Shown here in pieces: positions 9,219 to 18,028 of a DNA stretch of 29,739 nucleotides. Position numbers and translations under genes: made by a program. Source of the DNA: an uncultured Cytophagia bacterium (lineage in GTDB: Bacteria; Zhuqueibacterota; Zhuqueibacteria; Residuimicrobiales; Oceaniaggregativiventaceae); NCBI GenBank assembly GCA_964569215.1, contig CAZMUU010000002.1:3781-33519 (forward strand), written 5' to 3'. How positions within the stretch are numbered: position 1 is the stretch's first letter; every line of letters starts with the position of its first letter. The notes below the pieces were generated by a model. That model had not been told where the DNA came from. It made no database searches and saw only the letters and a program-made list of their open reading frames with translations.

Positions 9219-9247
9219 TTGCATCTGTACCGGTTTGCTCATATATT
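9219..9247 (+). promoter_or_regulatory. Sigma70-type promoter candidate in the nitroreductase/PTS divergent region
   Basis: The sequence reads TTGCAT-N17-TATATT. Confidence 0.45.
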
Positions 9248-9433
9248 CTACAGAGCCTTAAAATCCGACAAGATGTCATCGGTCTATTTTTAATTTAAAG
9301 TTTCATGCTTAAAATACAAGTTTAAAATATCTTATCGGCTATAATTCAAATATAGGTCGGGATTCCTGTCTAAAAATAGTTGAAATTTATAATAATATTG
9401 ATATATTATAGCAATGTAGGGCAGGAGAAAGTT

Positions 9434-9904
9434 ATGAAACTCAAAGATTTATTATCCAAAGATATCATTCGTATACCGCTGGAAAACCAGCAAAAAAGCA
9501 AGATTATTGAAGAGCTCGTCGATATACTTTATGAATCCAATCGCATCAGTGATAAAGACGCTGTTTTAAAAGCGGTTTTGGATCGTGAGGCGGTTATGAG
9601 CACCGGTATGGGAGATGGCGTAGCCATCCCTCACGCGAAATCCGATTCGGTTGATGAGTTGATCGCTGCTTTTGGGATCACCAGTGAGCCGGTTGATTTT
9701 GAATCTATCGATGGCAAACCCGTGCGGATGATTTTTTTGCTGGTTGGACCGACGGATCAAACCGGTCCCCATCTCAAAGCTCTCAGTCGTATTTCGCGAT
9801 TAATGCATCGGGAAGATTTTCGTCAAAAATTAGTGGTTTCTCAGACAAGTGATCAGGTTATTGAGGCAATAGAAGCGGAAGAAAGAAAATACTTTGCCAT
9901 CTGA
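9434..9904 (+). CDS. PTS EIIA-type protein (Ntr/fructose-mannitol EIIA-2 family)
   Basis: It has RE..MSTGMGDGVAIPHA with the phospho-His, plus DGKPV and HLKALSRISRL. AGGAG precedes the ATG at 9434. Confidence 0.93.
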   Translation: MKLKDLLSKDIIRIPLENQQKSKIIEELVDILYESNRISDKDAVLKAVLDREAVMSTGMGDGVAIPHAKSDSVDELIAAFGITSEPVDFESIDGKPVRMIFLLVGPTDQTGPHLKALSRISRLMHREDFRQKLVVSQTSDQVIEAIEAEERKYFAI

Positions 9905-9937
9905 GCGATATCGTTTACATAATATGTATATTAATGG

Positions 9938-9960
9938 GGTCTCTCAGTGAGACCTTTTTT
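9938..9960 (+). terminator. Rho-independent terminator after the PTS EIIA gene
   Basis: The sequence is GGTCTC-TCAGT-GAGACC followed by T6. Confidence 0.75.
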
Positions 9961-9983
9961 ATGTATAAAAATATGGAAAACAA

Positions 9984-11234
9984 ATGAAATTTAAATCCAT
10001 TACCGGGACCAGAGATATTTTGCAGGAAGTGCAGCCATATTTGCGTTTTATTGAAAAAAAAATCTATGAAATTACCACGAACTATAACTATAGGCGCGTT
10101 GATCCTCCTATATTTGAAGAAACCGGTCTTTTTTTACGCGGAGTTGGGGAAACCACGGATATTGTTGAAAAGGAGATGTATACTTTTCGAGATAAAGGCG
10201 ATAATTCCTTAACCCTCAGACCGGAATTTACCGCCGGTGTCATGCGGCTTTATATTGAAAATGGATTTCATACGCGACCTAAACCGGTAAAGTTGTTTTC
10301 AGTCGGTCCCATTTTTCGATATGAACGTCCTCAAGCCGGGCGTTTTCGTCAACACACCCAATTTAATGTCGAAGTACTGGGTGAACTCGATCCCCTCGTC
10401 GATGTTGAAGTTATGTCGATTGCCTGGCAGTTATATAAAGAGTTGGGGTTTTCCGGTATAGAATTTCAGTTAAACAGTACGGGCTGTCCCCAATGCCGTC
10501 CTGCCTATATAGCCAAACTCACTGATTATTATCGGGATCATTTTGACGAAATCTGCAAGGATTGTCAGCGGCGGCTCGATCAAAATCCTTTACGGTTGCT
10601 GGACTGCAAAGTAGAAACCTGTCAACCTGTTATTGAAAGCGCGCCTATTATCGGTGAACATTTGTGCGAAGAATGTCAACAGCATTTCACCGCTCTAAAA
10701 ACCTACCTGGACATTCTGCAACGCCCCTATAAAATCAATCACAAGCTCGTGCGTGGATTGGATTACTATACAAAAACCGTTTTTGAGGTCTTGGCCAGCG
10801 GTATCGGATCTCAATCCGCGATGTGCGGCGGCGGCAGATATGATGGATTGGTTGAACAATTGGGAGGACCGCCGACGCCGGGAATAGGATTCGGTTCCGG
10901 CATCGAACGTATTATTTTGAGCATGAAGGAACAGAACATTACACCGGAGCCTTTGCCTACTCCTAAAGTATATATCGTGCATAACGGTTTAAAAGCTCGA
11001 CATCTGGCATTGAATATTGTCTTTGATCTTCGTGAGGAAAAAATAGCTGCCATTTTGGGATTTGGTGATCGTAGCTTCAAATCCCAGCTGCGTGACGCCA
11101 ATCGCCAGGATGTCGATTTTGCTGTTCTTGTCGGTGAGGATGAGGTCAAAAATAATATTTTAACAGTTAAAAACCTGGGTACAGGAGAGCAAAAATCCGT
11201 TGCTGTGGATGAACTGGTGACGTTTTTTAGGTAA
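9984..11234 (+). CDS. hisS: Histidine--tRNA ligase
   Basis: Motifs are KEMYTF, LRPEFTA, FRYERPQAGRFRQH, VRGLDYY, GGGRYDGL and GIERI, followed by a C-terminal anticodon-binding domain. Confidence 0.98.
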   Translation: MKFKSITGTRDILQEVQPYLRFIEKKIYEITTNYNYRRVDPPIFEETGLFLRGVGETTDIVEKEMYTFRDKGDNSLTLRPEFTAGVMRLYIENGFHTRPKPVKLFSVGPIFRYERPQAGRFRQHTQFNVEVLGELDPLVDVEVMSIAWQLYKELGFSGIEFQLNSTGCPQCRPAYIAKLTDYYRDHFDEICKDCQRRLDQNPLRLLDCKVETCQPVIESAPIIGEHLCEECQQHFTALKTYLDILQRPYKINHKLVRGLDYYTKTVFEVLASGIGSQSAMCGGGRYDGLVEQLGGPPTPGIGFGSGIERIILSMKEQNITPEPLPTPKVYIVHNGLKARHLALNIVFDLREEKIAAILGFGDRSFKSQLRDANRQDVDFAVLVGEDEVKNNILTVKNLGTGEQKSVAVDELVTFFR

Positions 11235-11235
11235 A

Positions 11236-12033
11236 ATGGGATATTTTTTGCGTGAACTCGGCAAAAACCAGATAAAACAGATTCGCTCCTTGCAAACGAA
11301 AAAGTGGAGGGTGAATAATCCTTTTTTTCTGATTGAGGGGCTCTATCTATGTCAGGAAGCTCTGGAAGCCAAAAGCCAGATTGAAAAATGCATCATCAGC
11401 AAATCTTTTTTGCCCGAATTACGTTCAAATCCGGTTTTTAAATTCATCGAGCAAAGAAATATACCCACCTTTACGATTCCGGATAACGACTTGAAAAAAC
11501 TATCCGACACCACCTCCCCGCAGGGTATCGCCATGATTGTGAAAAAACCGCATTATCATTCCGATGAGGTATTGAAAAAAGCACGATCCAATATATTGCT
11601 TCTGGATGATTTGCAAGATCCGGGTAATGTCGGTACGATCATTCGTACTGCCAGGTGGTTTGGTATTGATGCGATTTTTCTCGGTAAACATTCTGTAGAA
11701 TGTTTTAATGCCAAGGTGGTACGGGCTACCATGGGCGCTATTTTTTATATGCCATTTTTCGAGGATAACGATCTCAGTATGGTTATTGAGGACCTGAGAC
11801 ATAAAAAATATAAAATATTTGCCTCAGTAAGAGAAAATGGCACGAGCATCGCCGCTGTTAAAAAACCCGAAAAAACCGCAGTTTTGATCGGCAATGAAAG
11901 CCAGGGCATAGATCAAAATTTATTGAGACTTTGTGATGAAAAAATCACTATATTATCCAGGGGGTCAGGAGATTCTTTAAATGCTGCAATCGCATGTGGA
12001 ATTATTTTATATGAGATGAACAGACATGAATAA
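11236..12033 (+). CDS. TrmH/SpoU family RNA 2'-O-methyltransferase
   Basis: It has the SPOUT motifs LQDPGNVGTIIRTA, GNESQG and SLNAAIA, and an N-terminal substrate-binding domain (LIEG). Confidence 0.93.
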   Translation: MGYFLRELGKNQIKQIRSLQTKKWRVNNPFFLIEGLYLCQEALEAKSQIEKCIISKSFLPELRSNPVFKFIEQRNIPTFTIPDNDLKKLSDTTSPQGIAMIVKKPHYHSDEVLKKARSNILLLDDLQDPGNVGTIIRTARWFGIDAIFLGKHSVECFNAKVVRATMGAIFYMPFFEDNDLSMVIEDLRHKKYKIFASVRENGTSIAAVKKPEKTAVLIGNESQGIDQNLLRLCDEKITILSRGSGDSLNAAIACGIILYEMNRHE

Positions 12034-12835
12034 TTTTCGCAGAGATATCATTCCTGCCCGGCACATTGCCATTATTTTTTTAATCACTTTTTTTATGGTC
12101 ATGCTGACCGGCGTCATGTTGATGAGTTTTTTGGATCAAAAGTTTGTTTTGTTGGCTGAGATTTTTATTGTCATTCCGGCATTCCTCTACGTGCGCTATA
12201 AGCATTTTTCTGTAAAGAGAGTGTTTCGCTTGAACGCGATCAGTTTGCGGATGGGGATTTTATCTTTTTTCATCGCTGTATCTACAATCGTAATAACCGA
12301 CGAGATGGATCGAACGCTTAGATCGTTTTTCCCAACACCGTCATGGTGGCAGGACGCCATGAAGGCTGTGGTGGAAATTCAAACCATTGGGGATGGCATT
12401 ATTATTATCTTGGCGGCAGTCTTAATGGCAGGAGTTGCTGAAGAGATGATATTCCGTGGTTTGTTGCAGCGTTCGCTTGAATACGAGCGCGATCCTTTTT
12501 TAGCAGTTGTTTTGTCTGCGGTTTTTTTTGCGCTTGTACATTTTAATCCCTGGACCGCATTGCAGATTACTTTTCTTGGCCTCGTTCTTGGCTATTTGAG
12601 TTGGAAAAGCAAAAGTATTTATCCGGCGGTTATATTACATGCGCTTAACAATTTGGTCTCTATAGTGGTTCTCAATCTTAATAGTGCCGATTTGAGTATT
12701 TATGCCGGGAGAATACATGTGAAATATTATTGGCTTCTGCTGGCTATCTTTGTCCTAATGGTTTCACTGTGGGGATTTAATCGAGAAAGTGAAAGATTCT
12801 ATCATAATGGAGGATTTAGAAATGAAGACTGGTGA
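12026..12835 (+). CDS. CPBP (Abi/Rce1-like) intramembrane glutamic endopeptidase
   Basis: Motifs are AEEMIFRG, FFALVH and LHALNN, in a protein with multiple TM segments. Confidence 0.92.
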   Translation: MNNFRRDIIPARHIAIIFLITFFMVMLTGVMLMSFLDQKFVLLAEIFIVIPAFLYVRYKHFSVKRVFRLNAISLRMGILSFFIAVSTIVITDEMDRTLRSFFPTPSWWQDAMKAVVEIQTIGDGIIIILAAVLMAGVAEEMIFRGLLQRSLEYERDPFLAVVLSAVFFALVHFNPWTALQITFLGLVLGYLSWKSKSIYPAVILHALNNLVSIVVLNLNSADLSIYAGRIHVKYYWLLLAIFVLMVSLWGFNRESERFYHNGGFRNEDW

Positions 12836-14360
12836 TTTGCCTGCTGTTCGAATAGGGATGATTCAGGAGGCTGAACAGGTTACCTTCAAATGTTCATCCA
12901 GCTTTAAGGCAAAAACTTTAGATGGCGATACTCTCTTCGTCGGCGAAAAGGATCGTGAATATAAAGCAACTGTCGCGAATTCCGCACCGGCCCAAATCGA
13001 TTATTGTGTACGCATGGCTATAGTGGAGGAAAAAGCCGAGGCAGAAAAGTTACAAAAAGCGTTAAAATCTAAAAATATCGACTCTGTTTTATGGCAACCG
13101 GGTATCGTTTTAGAGCTGGGAGATACAACTATTGATAATCGCGAATATTGGGTCGTCAGTAAAGGTTATGCGAATAAAAAGGAAGCAGAAAAATTCGCGC
13201 AGGATCATCAACACATTGGTCAGGCTCTGGTTGTCAAGGAAATAGTCGAGGCGGCACAGGGGGAGATAGCCCTGGAAGGCAACAAGAGTACAAATGCATT
13301 GCGGATTGAACCGCAACAGGACGATGCCTTTATTTTTTTAAAAGATGTCACCGTCGGGATTGAATTTCATTGGCAGCATAAACGCATGCAAAAGTTACCT
13401 GGTGTTGTTGAAATCGACATTAATAACCAGGGAAAGCTGGTGGCCATCAATGAGCTTGATATTGAAACATATCTGGTTAGTGTCAATTCATCCGAAATGA
13501 CTTTTGAAAATCCCATCGAGTTGCTCAAGGCCCAGACCATAGCCGCCCGCAGTACCATATTGGCGACCATGGGTAAACACCACTATGAGGAAAAGTTTCA
13601 CCTCTGTTCAGACGATCATTGCCAGTGCTATCATGGGGTGGAAAATATTTCAGATGCCTCTGTTGAAGCAGCGCGCTTGACATGCGGAGAGAATTTACTT
13701 TATCACGGCAAGGTCTGCGATGCGAGATATGCAAAGATATGCGGCGGTGTTATGGAGGGATTTAACAATGTATGGGATGATAGAAAAATTCCTTATCTCG
13801 TGCCTGGAACGGATGGTAAGGAAGAACTGGATTATCCACTGGATAGTGGAGAAAAAGTCAAAGAATACATTGATAGTTATCCCGATGTTTTTTGTAATAC
13901 GGAAAAGTACAAAATCACCTCTTCTTTACCCTATAATACAACTGAATTATTTCGCTGGAAAGTGAGCTATGACAAAAAAGAGCTGGAAAATATCATAAGC
14001 GAAAAGCTAAACGATGATATTGGTGAATTAATCGATTTGATCCCTGGGGAACGAGGCGCTTCCGGAAGACTGATCTATCTGGATATTGTTGGCAGCAAGA
14101 AGAATGTACGCATCGGCAAGGAGCTTGCAATCCGGCGAGCGCTTTCCAAAAGCCACCTATACAGCGCTTGTTTTTATATTACAAGGGATTTGAACCAGAC
14201 AGGGAAAATTGAAACGTTTCATCTTCACGGGGCGGGCTGGGGACACGGTGTCGGCTTGTGTCAGGTTGGTGCTACCGTTATGGCTCAGCTGGGATACGGC
14301 TATAAAGAGATCCTGTCGCATTATTATAAGAATAGCAGCTTGAAAAAGCTTTACGCATAG
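12822..14360 (+). CDS. SpoIID/LytB domain protein (lytic transglycosylase-like)
   Basis: Motifs are ETYLVSVNSSEM, LKAQTIAARS, LCSDDHCQCYHG and GAGWGHGVGLCQVGA. GGAGG precedes the ATG at 12822. Confidence 0.92.
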   Translation: MKTGDLPAVRIGMIQEAEQVTFKCSSSFKAKTLDGDTLFVGEKDREYKATVANSAPAQIDYCVRMAIVEEKAEAEKLQKALKSKNIDSVLWQPGIVLELGDTTIDNREYWVVSKGYANKKEAEKFAQDHQHIGQALVVKEIVEAAQGEIALEGNKSTNALRIEPQQDDAFIFLKDVTVGIEFHWQHKRMQKLPGVVEIDINNQGKLVAINELDIETYLVSVNSSEMTFENPIELLKAQTIAARSTILATMGKHHYEEKFHLCSDDHCQCYHGVENISDASVEAARLTCGENLLYHGKVCDARYAKICGGVMEGFNNVWDDRKIPYLVPGTDGKEELDYPLDSGEKVKEYIDSYPDVFCNTEKYKITSSLPYNTTELFRWKVSYDKKELENIISEKLNDDIGELIDLIPGERGASGRLIYLDIVGSKKNVRIGKELAIRRALSKSHLYSACFYITRDLNQTGKIETFHLHGAGWGHGVGLCQVGATVMAQLGYGYKEILSHYYKNSSLKKLYA

Positions 14361-14463
14361 AGTCATAGGCTGATTTCAGCTGTCCGCAAAACCCCGTAAA
14401 TGTTACTATATCTTTTTGAACGGTTTAAATTCTAAACAGTGGACAGTGAGCGTGACCCCCAAG

Positions 14464-14817
14464 ATGAAGATTGCGATTCTAAGCGGTGAATTATCCTCCG
14501 GAATGCAGATGTATTTGCTTCTATGTGATAAACATTCGGTACAGGTAGCGACTGAGGTGGAGGAGTTGTTGAGGCTTTTAGAGGGTGAAAAGTACGATTT
14601 AACCTTTCTTGATTTCGGTACCAACAATGCGTACTCGATGCAGTCAAAATGCACCAGTGATTTGATGCGGCAAATTATTGAAATGCAGCCGAATTTGCGC
14701 CTCATAGGCGTATGCGACGAGCAGGAGAAAGGAGGCCGTGATTCGAAAGGCCATTTTGATGGCTTTATCACGCGCCCGATAAATTCTGAAGAATTGTTGA
14801 AATTAGTTCAGGAATAG
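14464..14817 (+). CDS. Single-domain response-regulator receiver, atypical
   Basis: The CheY-like pattern is KIAILSGE ... YDLTFLD ... LRLIGV ... DGFITRPINSEEL. The start is uncertain: GTG at 14446 or 14452 is also possible. Confidence 0.7.
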   Translation: MKIAILSGELSSGMQMYLLLCDKHSVQVATEVEELLRLLEGEKYDLTFLDFGTNNAYSMQSKCTSDLMRQIIEMQPNLRLIGVCDEQEKGGRDSKGHFDGFITRPINSEELLKLVQE

Positions 14818-14880
14818 AACGGCACATCGCATACTGATAGATTGGTTCGTTTGAATTTAATCATCGCCGTTGAATTCCTG

Positions 14881-14909
14881 TTGCATTTTTTGTAATTTTG
14901 GCCTAAGTT
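14881..14909 (+). promoter_or_regulatory. Sigma70-type promoter of nadB (probably leaderless)
   Basis: TTGCAT (14881-86), a 17 bp spacer and TAAGTT (14904-09) lie 5 nt upstream of the ATG. Confidence 0.6.
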
Positions 14910-14914
14910 TGGAT

Positions 14915-16522
14915 ATGAAGATTGAAAGCGATTTTCTCGTTATTGGAAGCGGTATAGGTGGCTTGAGTTGTGCTCTTCACCTGGCTAAACACGGTAATGT
15001 ATCGCTTGTAACCAAGAAGGAAAGGGCTGATTCCAATACCAATTATGCCCAGGGTGGGATTGCTGCTGTCTTGTCCGAAACAGATACTTTTGAACAACAT
15101 ATCAAAGATACACTCGAAGCGGGCGCCGGGCTGTGTCATCGCGATGCGGTCGAAAAGATTGTCAGGGAAGGGCCGCAACATATCCACCATCTGGAAGAAA
15201 TCGGGGTAAATTTTACCAAAAATAAGACCGGCCTTTATGACCTCGCCAGGGAGGGAGGCCACAAGGCATATCGGATTGTACATGTTAAGGATCATACCGG
15301 CAGAGACCTGGAAAAAGCGCTGTTAAATGCGGTCAAAGCAGAATCCCGAATTAAAGTATATGAAAATCATGTTGCTATAGATTTAATTACCGAACATCAT
15401 ATCTTTGAACCCCAGCCCAGAAATCAGGCGTCTTTACACTGCTGGGGCGCTTATGTTCTGGACTCAAAAGCTCAAGAGGTTATTCGGTTTTTGGCAAAGG
15501 CGACAATTTTGTCAACCGGTGGTTGCGGCCAGGTCTATTTACATACCACCAATCCGGATATTGCTACCGGCGATGGCATCGCGATGAGTTACCGGGCCGG
15601 TGCCCGCATTGCCAATATGGAATTTATGCAGTTTCATCCAACAACACTGTATCATCCTGATGCCAACTCTTTTCTTATCAGTGAGGCCGTTCGGGGATAC
15701 GGAGCCCGATTGGTTACCAGGAATGGAGAAGAATTCATGCAGGGTTATCACCCCATGGCTTCACTGGCTCCGAGGGATGTTGTTGCACGGGCCATCGATA
15801 ACGAGCTTAAGAAACGCGGTGATTCGTGTGTTTATCTCGATATCTCTTTTAAGGATCCGGACTCGGTTCGGAGCAGATTTCCAAATATTTATGAAAATTG
15901 TTTAAAATATAAAATTGATATTACCAAAGAACCTATACCGGTTGTACCAGCGGCGCACTATTCCTGCGGTGGTGTCTGTACCGGTCTCGACAGCGCGACA
16001 TCCATATCCGGATTGCTGGCGTGTGGTGAAGTTGCTTGTACCGGGGTCCATGGTGCCAACCGTCTGGCGTCTAACTCCTTGCTCGAAGCTGTTGTTTTTG
16101 CCCGGGAAGCAGCCATAAAGGCGGTTGAGTTGTTGCAAACAAATGTGCAAATTCCCAATATCCCGCCATGGGATGATACAGGAACCTTTAACAGTGAAGA
16201 ATGGGTGCTCATTTCACACGATAAGACGGAAATTAAAACCCTCATGTCCGACTATGTCGGTATCGTCAGATCTACCCTTCGGCTGGAGCGAGCCCTGAGC
16301 CGGATGCGCCTGATCGGACAGGAAATTGAAAATTTCTACAAACGCACCAAAGTGACGGAAGAGCTGGTTGAATTGAGAAATCTGGCAACTATTGCACAGT
16401 TGATCATTTCCTGTGCAATGCTTCGTAAAGAAAGCCGGGGATTGCATTTTACCACCGATTATCAAAAACCAAATGATGATAAATTTTTAAAGGATACGAT
16501 TATTCAAAAATCTGCAATATAA
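14915..16522 (+). CDS. nadB: L-aspartate oxidase
   Basis: Motifs are VIGSGIGG, SNTNYAQGGIA, REGGH, TGDGIAM, EFMQFHPT, LISEAVRG, APRDVVARAI, PAAHYSCGG, GVHGANRLASNSLLE and ESRGLH. Confidence 0.97.
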   Translation: MKIESDFLVIGSGIGGLSCALHLAKHGNVSLVTKKERADSNTNYAQGGIAAVLSETDTFEQHIKDTLEAGAGLCHRDAVEKIVREGPQHIHHLEEIGVNFTKNKTGLYDLAREGGHKAYRIVHVKDHTGRDLEKALLNAVKAESRIKVYENHVAIDLITEHHIFEPQPRNQASLHCWGAYVLDSKAQEVIRFLAKATILSTGGCGQVYLHTTNPDIATGDGIAMSYRAGARIANMEFMQFHPTTLYHPDANSFLISEAVRGYGARLVTRNGEEFMQGYHPMASLAPRDVVARAIDNELKKRGDSCVYLDISFKDPDSVRSRFPNIYENCLKYKIDITKEPIPVVPAAHYSCGGVCTGLDSATSISGLLACGEVACTGVHGANRLASNSLLEAVVFAREAAIKAVELLQTNVQIPNIPPWDDTGTFNSEEWVLISHDKTEIKTLMSDYVGIVRSTLRLERALSRMRLIGQEIENFYKRTKVTEELVELRNLATIAQLIISCAMLRKESRGLHFTTDYQKPNDDKFLKDTIIQKSAI

Positions 16523-16528
16523 CGCGAG

Positions 16529-16819
16529 GTGAACATTTTGGGAACTTTTTTATTTATTGCCACACTTTTTGCTCTTTTTATCATGTTGGGTGCAGATTTT
16601 TTCAGTCAATGGTACCGTCGTTTTCTTATCAAACGGGATTTTGCTGCCAATGTCACAAAGTCGATTATGCATTTGCTCTGGCTGGTGCTCGCCATCATTT
16701 TTTGGTTCGGATTGCTCAATCATGGCTTGCCGAAGGTTTTTGATACAACGTATGTTTTGTACTCTTTATTCGTTTTTTCTGTTTATGGGCTGATAAAATC
16801 ATTTAAATCGAGGGATTAA
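16529..16819 (+). CDS. Small integral membrane protein of unknown function (about 3 TM)
   Basis: The GTG start is preceded by GAGG. Three hydrophobic stretches are visible, and the ORF fills the gap between nadB and the ATPase. Confidence 0.7.
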   Translation: MNILGTFLFIATLFALFIMLGADFFSQWYRRFLIKRDFAANVTKSIMHLLWLVLAIIFWFGLLNHGLPKVFDTTYVLYSLFVFSVYGLIKSFKSRD

Positions 16820-16847
16820 TTGTCACTTTATTGAGGGATGAGGAACT

Positions 16848-17978
16848 ATGATAAATCATCGGATAGTCGAACAGGCATTCAAGTCCATTTATGACCTGGA
16901 TCTGGAATTGAATCCCAAGATGAATGTCCTTATAGGGGCGAATGAAAGCGGAAAAACCAATATTTTGCAAGCCATTGAATCTTTTAGTTTTGATAAAATA
17001 TTTGATACCTCTTTAACTTGTCAGTATTCTGAAAGATATGCACTTGGCAAATGTCCCGAAATGACATTAACATTTGCAGATATTAGGAAGGAGGATCGGC
17101 GCAACCTCGTTCAGATTTCTGAAAAATTCAAACAAAATGAATCTTTCAGCATTCGAAAAGAAGGCCACGAGCTTACCGATTATCATCTGATCATCGAAAA
17201 TGAAGAGGTGCCATCGATAAATTTTAAGAAATTATTTACTTTTTTACCCAAGTTGTTATACTTTCGCGATATTCCTCTGTTGAAAAACCAGGTCAGTTTC
17301 GAAAATTTGATTTCAACCGATCCGCAGTTTTCCACGGAAAGGAATTTGCTCAAGATCGGGGCTATTGAGGATTATGGCATTTTATTTGAAGACAGTACCC
17401 GGGGCCGTCGAACAATGGATGAAGCTGGACGTATTATTACGGAACAGCTCCGGAGAGTATGGTCTCAAGAATCCTCAATTGAGATTAAATTAAATGTAAA
17501 TGGAAAGGTCCTTTATATTGACTTTTCCGACGACACCACTGTTTTGGATACACCGGAATCTCGCAGTTTGGGCTTTCGCTGGTATCTTTCTTTTTATGTT
17601 AATTTTGCCGCCCAAACGTTTCAGAGCAAGGCCCATGAATATATATTTTTAATCGACGAACCCGGGATTCACCTTCATCCCGGTGGTCAAAAAGATTTGA
17701 ATAAAGTACTGGAAGAATTGGCGATAAAAAATCAATTGATTTTTACAACACACTCACCATTTATGATTAATCGCGAGCACCCTGAACGCGTTTTACTGGT
17801 TCTTAAGGATAAAAACGGCACCAAGGTCGATACCCAAGCTTATCGTGAGAACTGGAAGCCCTTGCGAAAACAAATTAATATTATTGCCGGTGACCTGTTC
17901 TTTTTTACCAATCCAAGTCTTGTTCTCGAGCTTCCCATCAAAAAGCGTTCCAAGATCCTGGACAAGTTGAACAATTAA
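16848..17978 (+). CDS. ABC-type ATPase of the OLD/AAA_15 class with no C-terminal TOPRIM domain
   Basis: It has FKSI, Walker A GANESGKT, the signature-like SRSLGFRWYLSF, Walker B/D-loop LIDEPGIHLHP and the H-loop TTHSPF. Confidence 0.85.
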   Translation: MINHRIVEQAFKSIYDLDLELNPKMNVLIGANESGKTNILQAIESFSFDKIFDTSLTCQYSERYALGKCPEMTLTFADIRKEDRRNLVQISEKFKQNESFSIRKEGHELTDYHLIIENEEVPSINFKKLFTFLPKLLYFRDIPLLKNQVSFENLISTDPQFSTERNLLKIGAIEDYGILFEDSTRGRRTMDEAGRIITEQLRRVWSQESSIEIKLNVNGKVLYIDFSDDTTVLDTPESRSLGFRWYLSFYVNFAAQTFQSKAHEYIFLIDEPGIHLHPGGQKDLNKVLEELAIKNQLIFTTHSPFMINREHPERVLLVLKDKNGTKVDTQAYRENWKPLRKQINIIAGDLFFFTNPSLVLELPIKKRSKILDKLNN

Positions 17979-18028
17979 CGACGCTTGCAATTATTTATCC
18001 GCCTAACTGGATCCGGAACGAATTTTAA

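Noticed and set aside
14851-14864. FNR-like TTGAA-N4-ATCAT upstream of nadB
   Set aside because: It has two mismatches in AT-rich DNA and its spacing to the proposed TSS is not a standard activator position.
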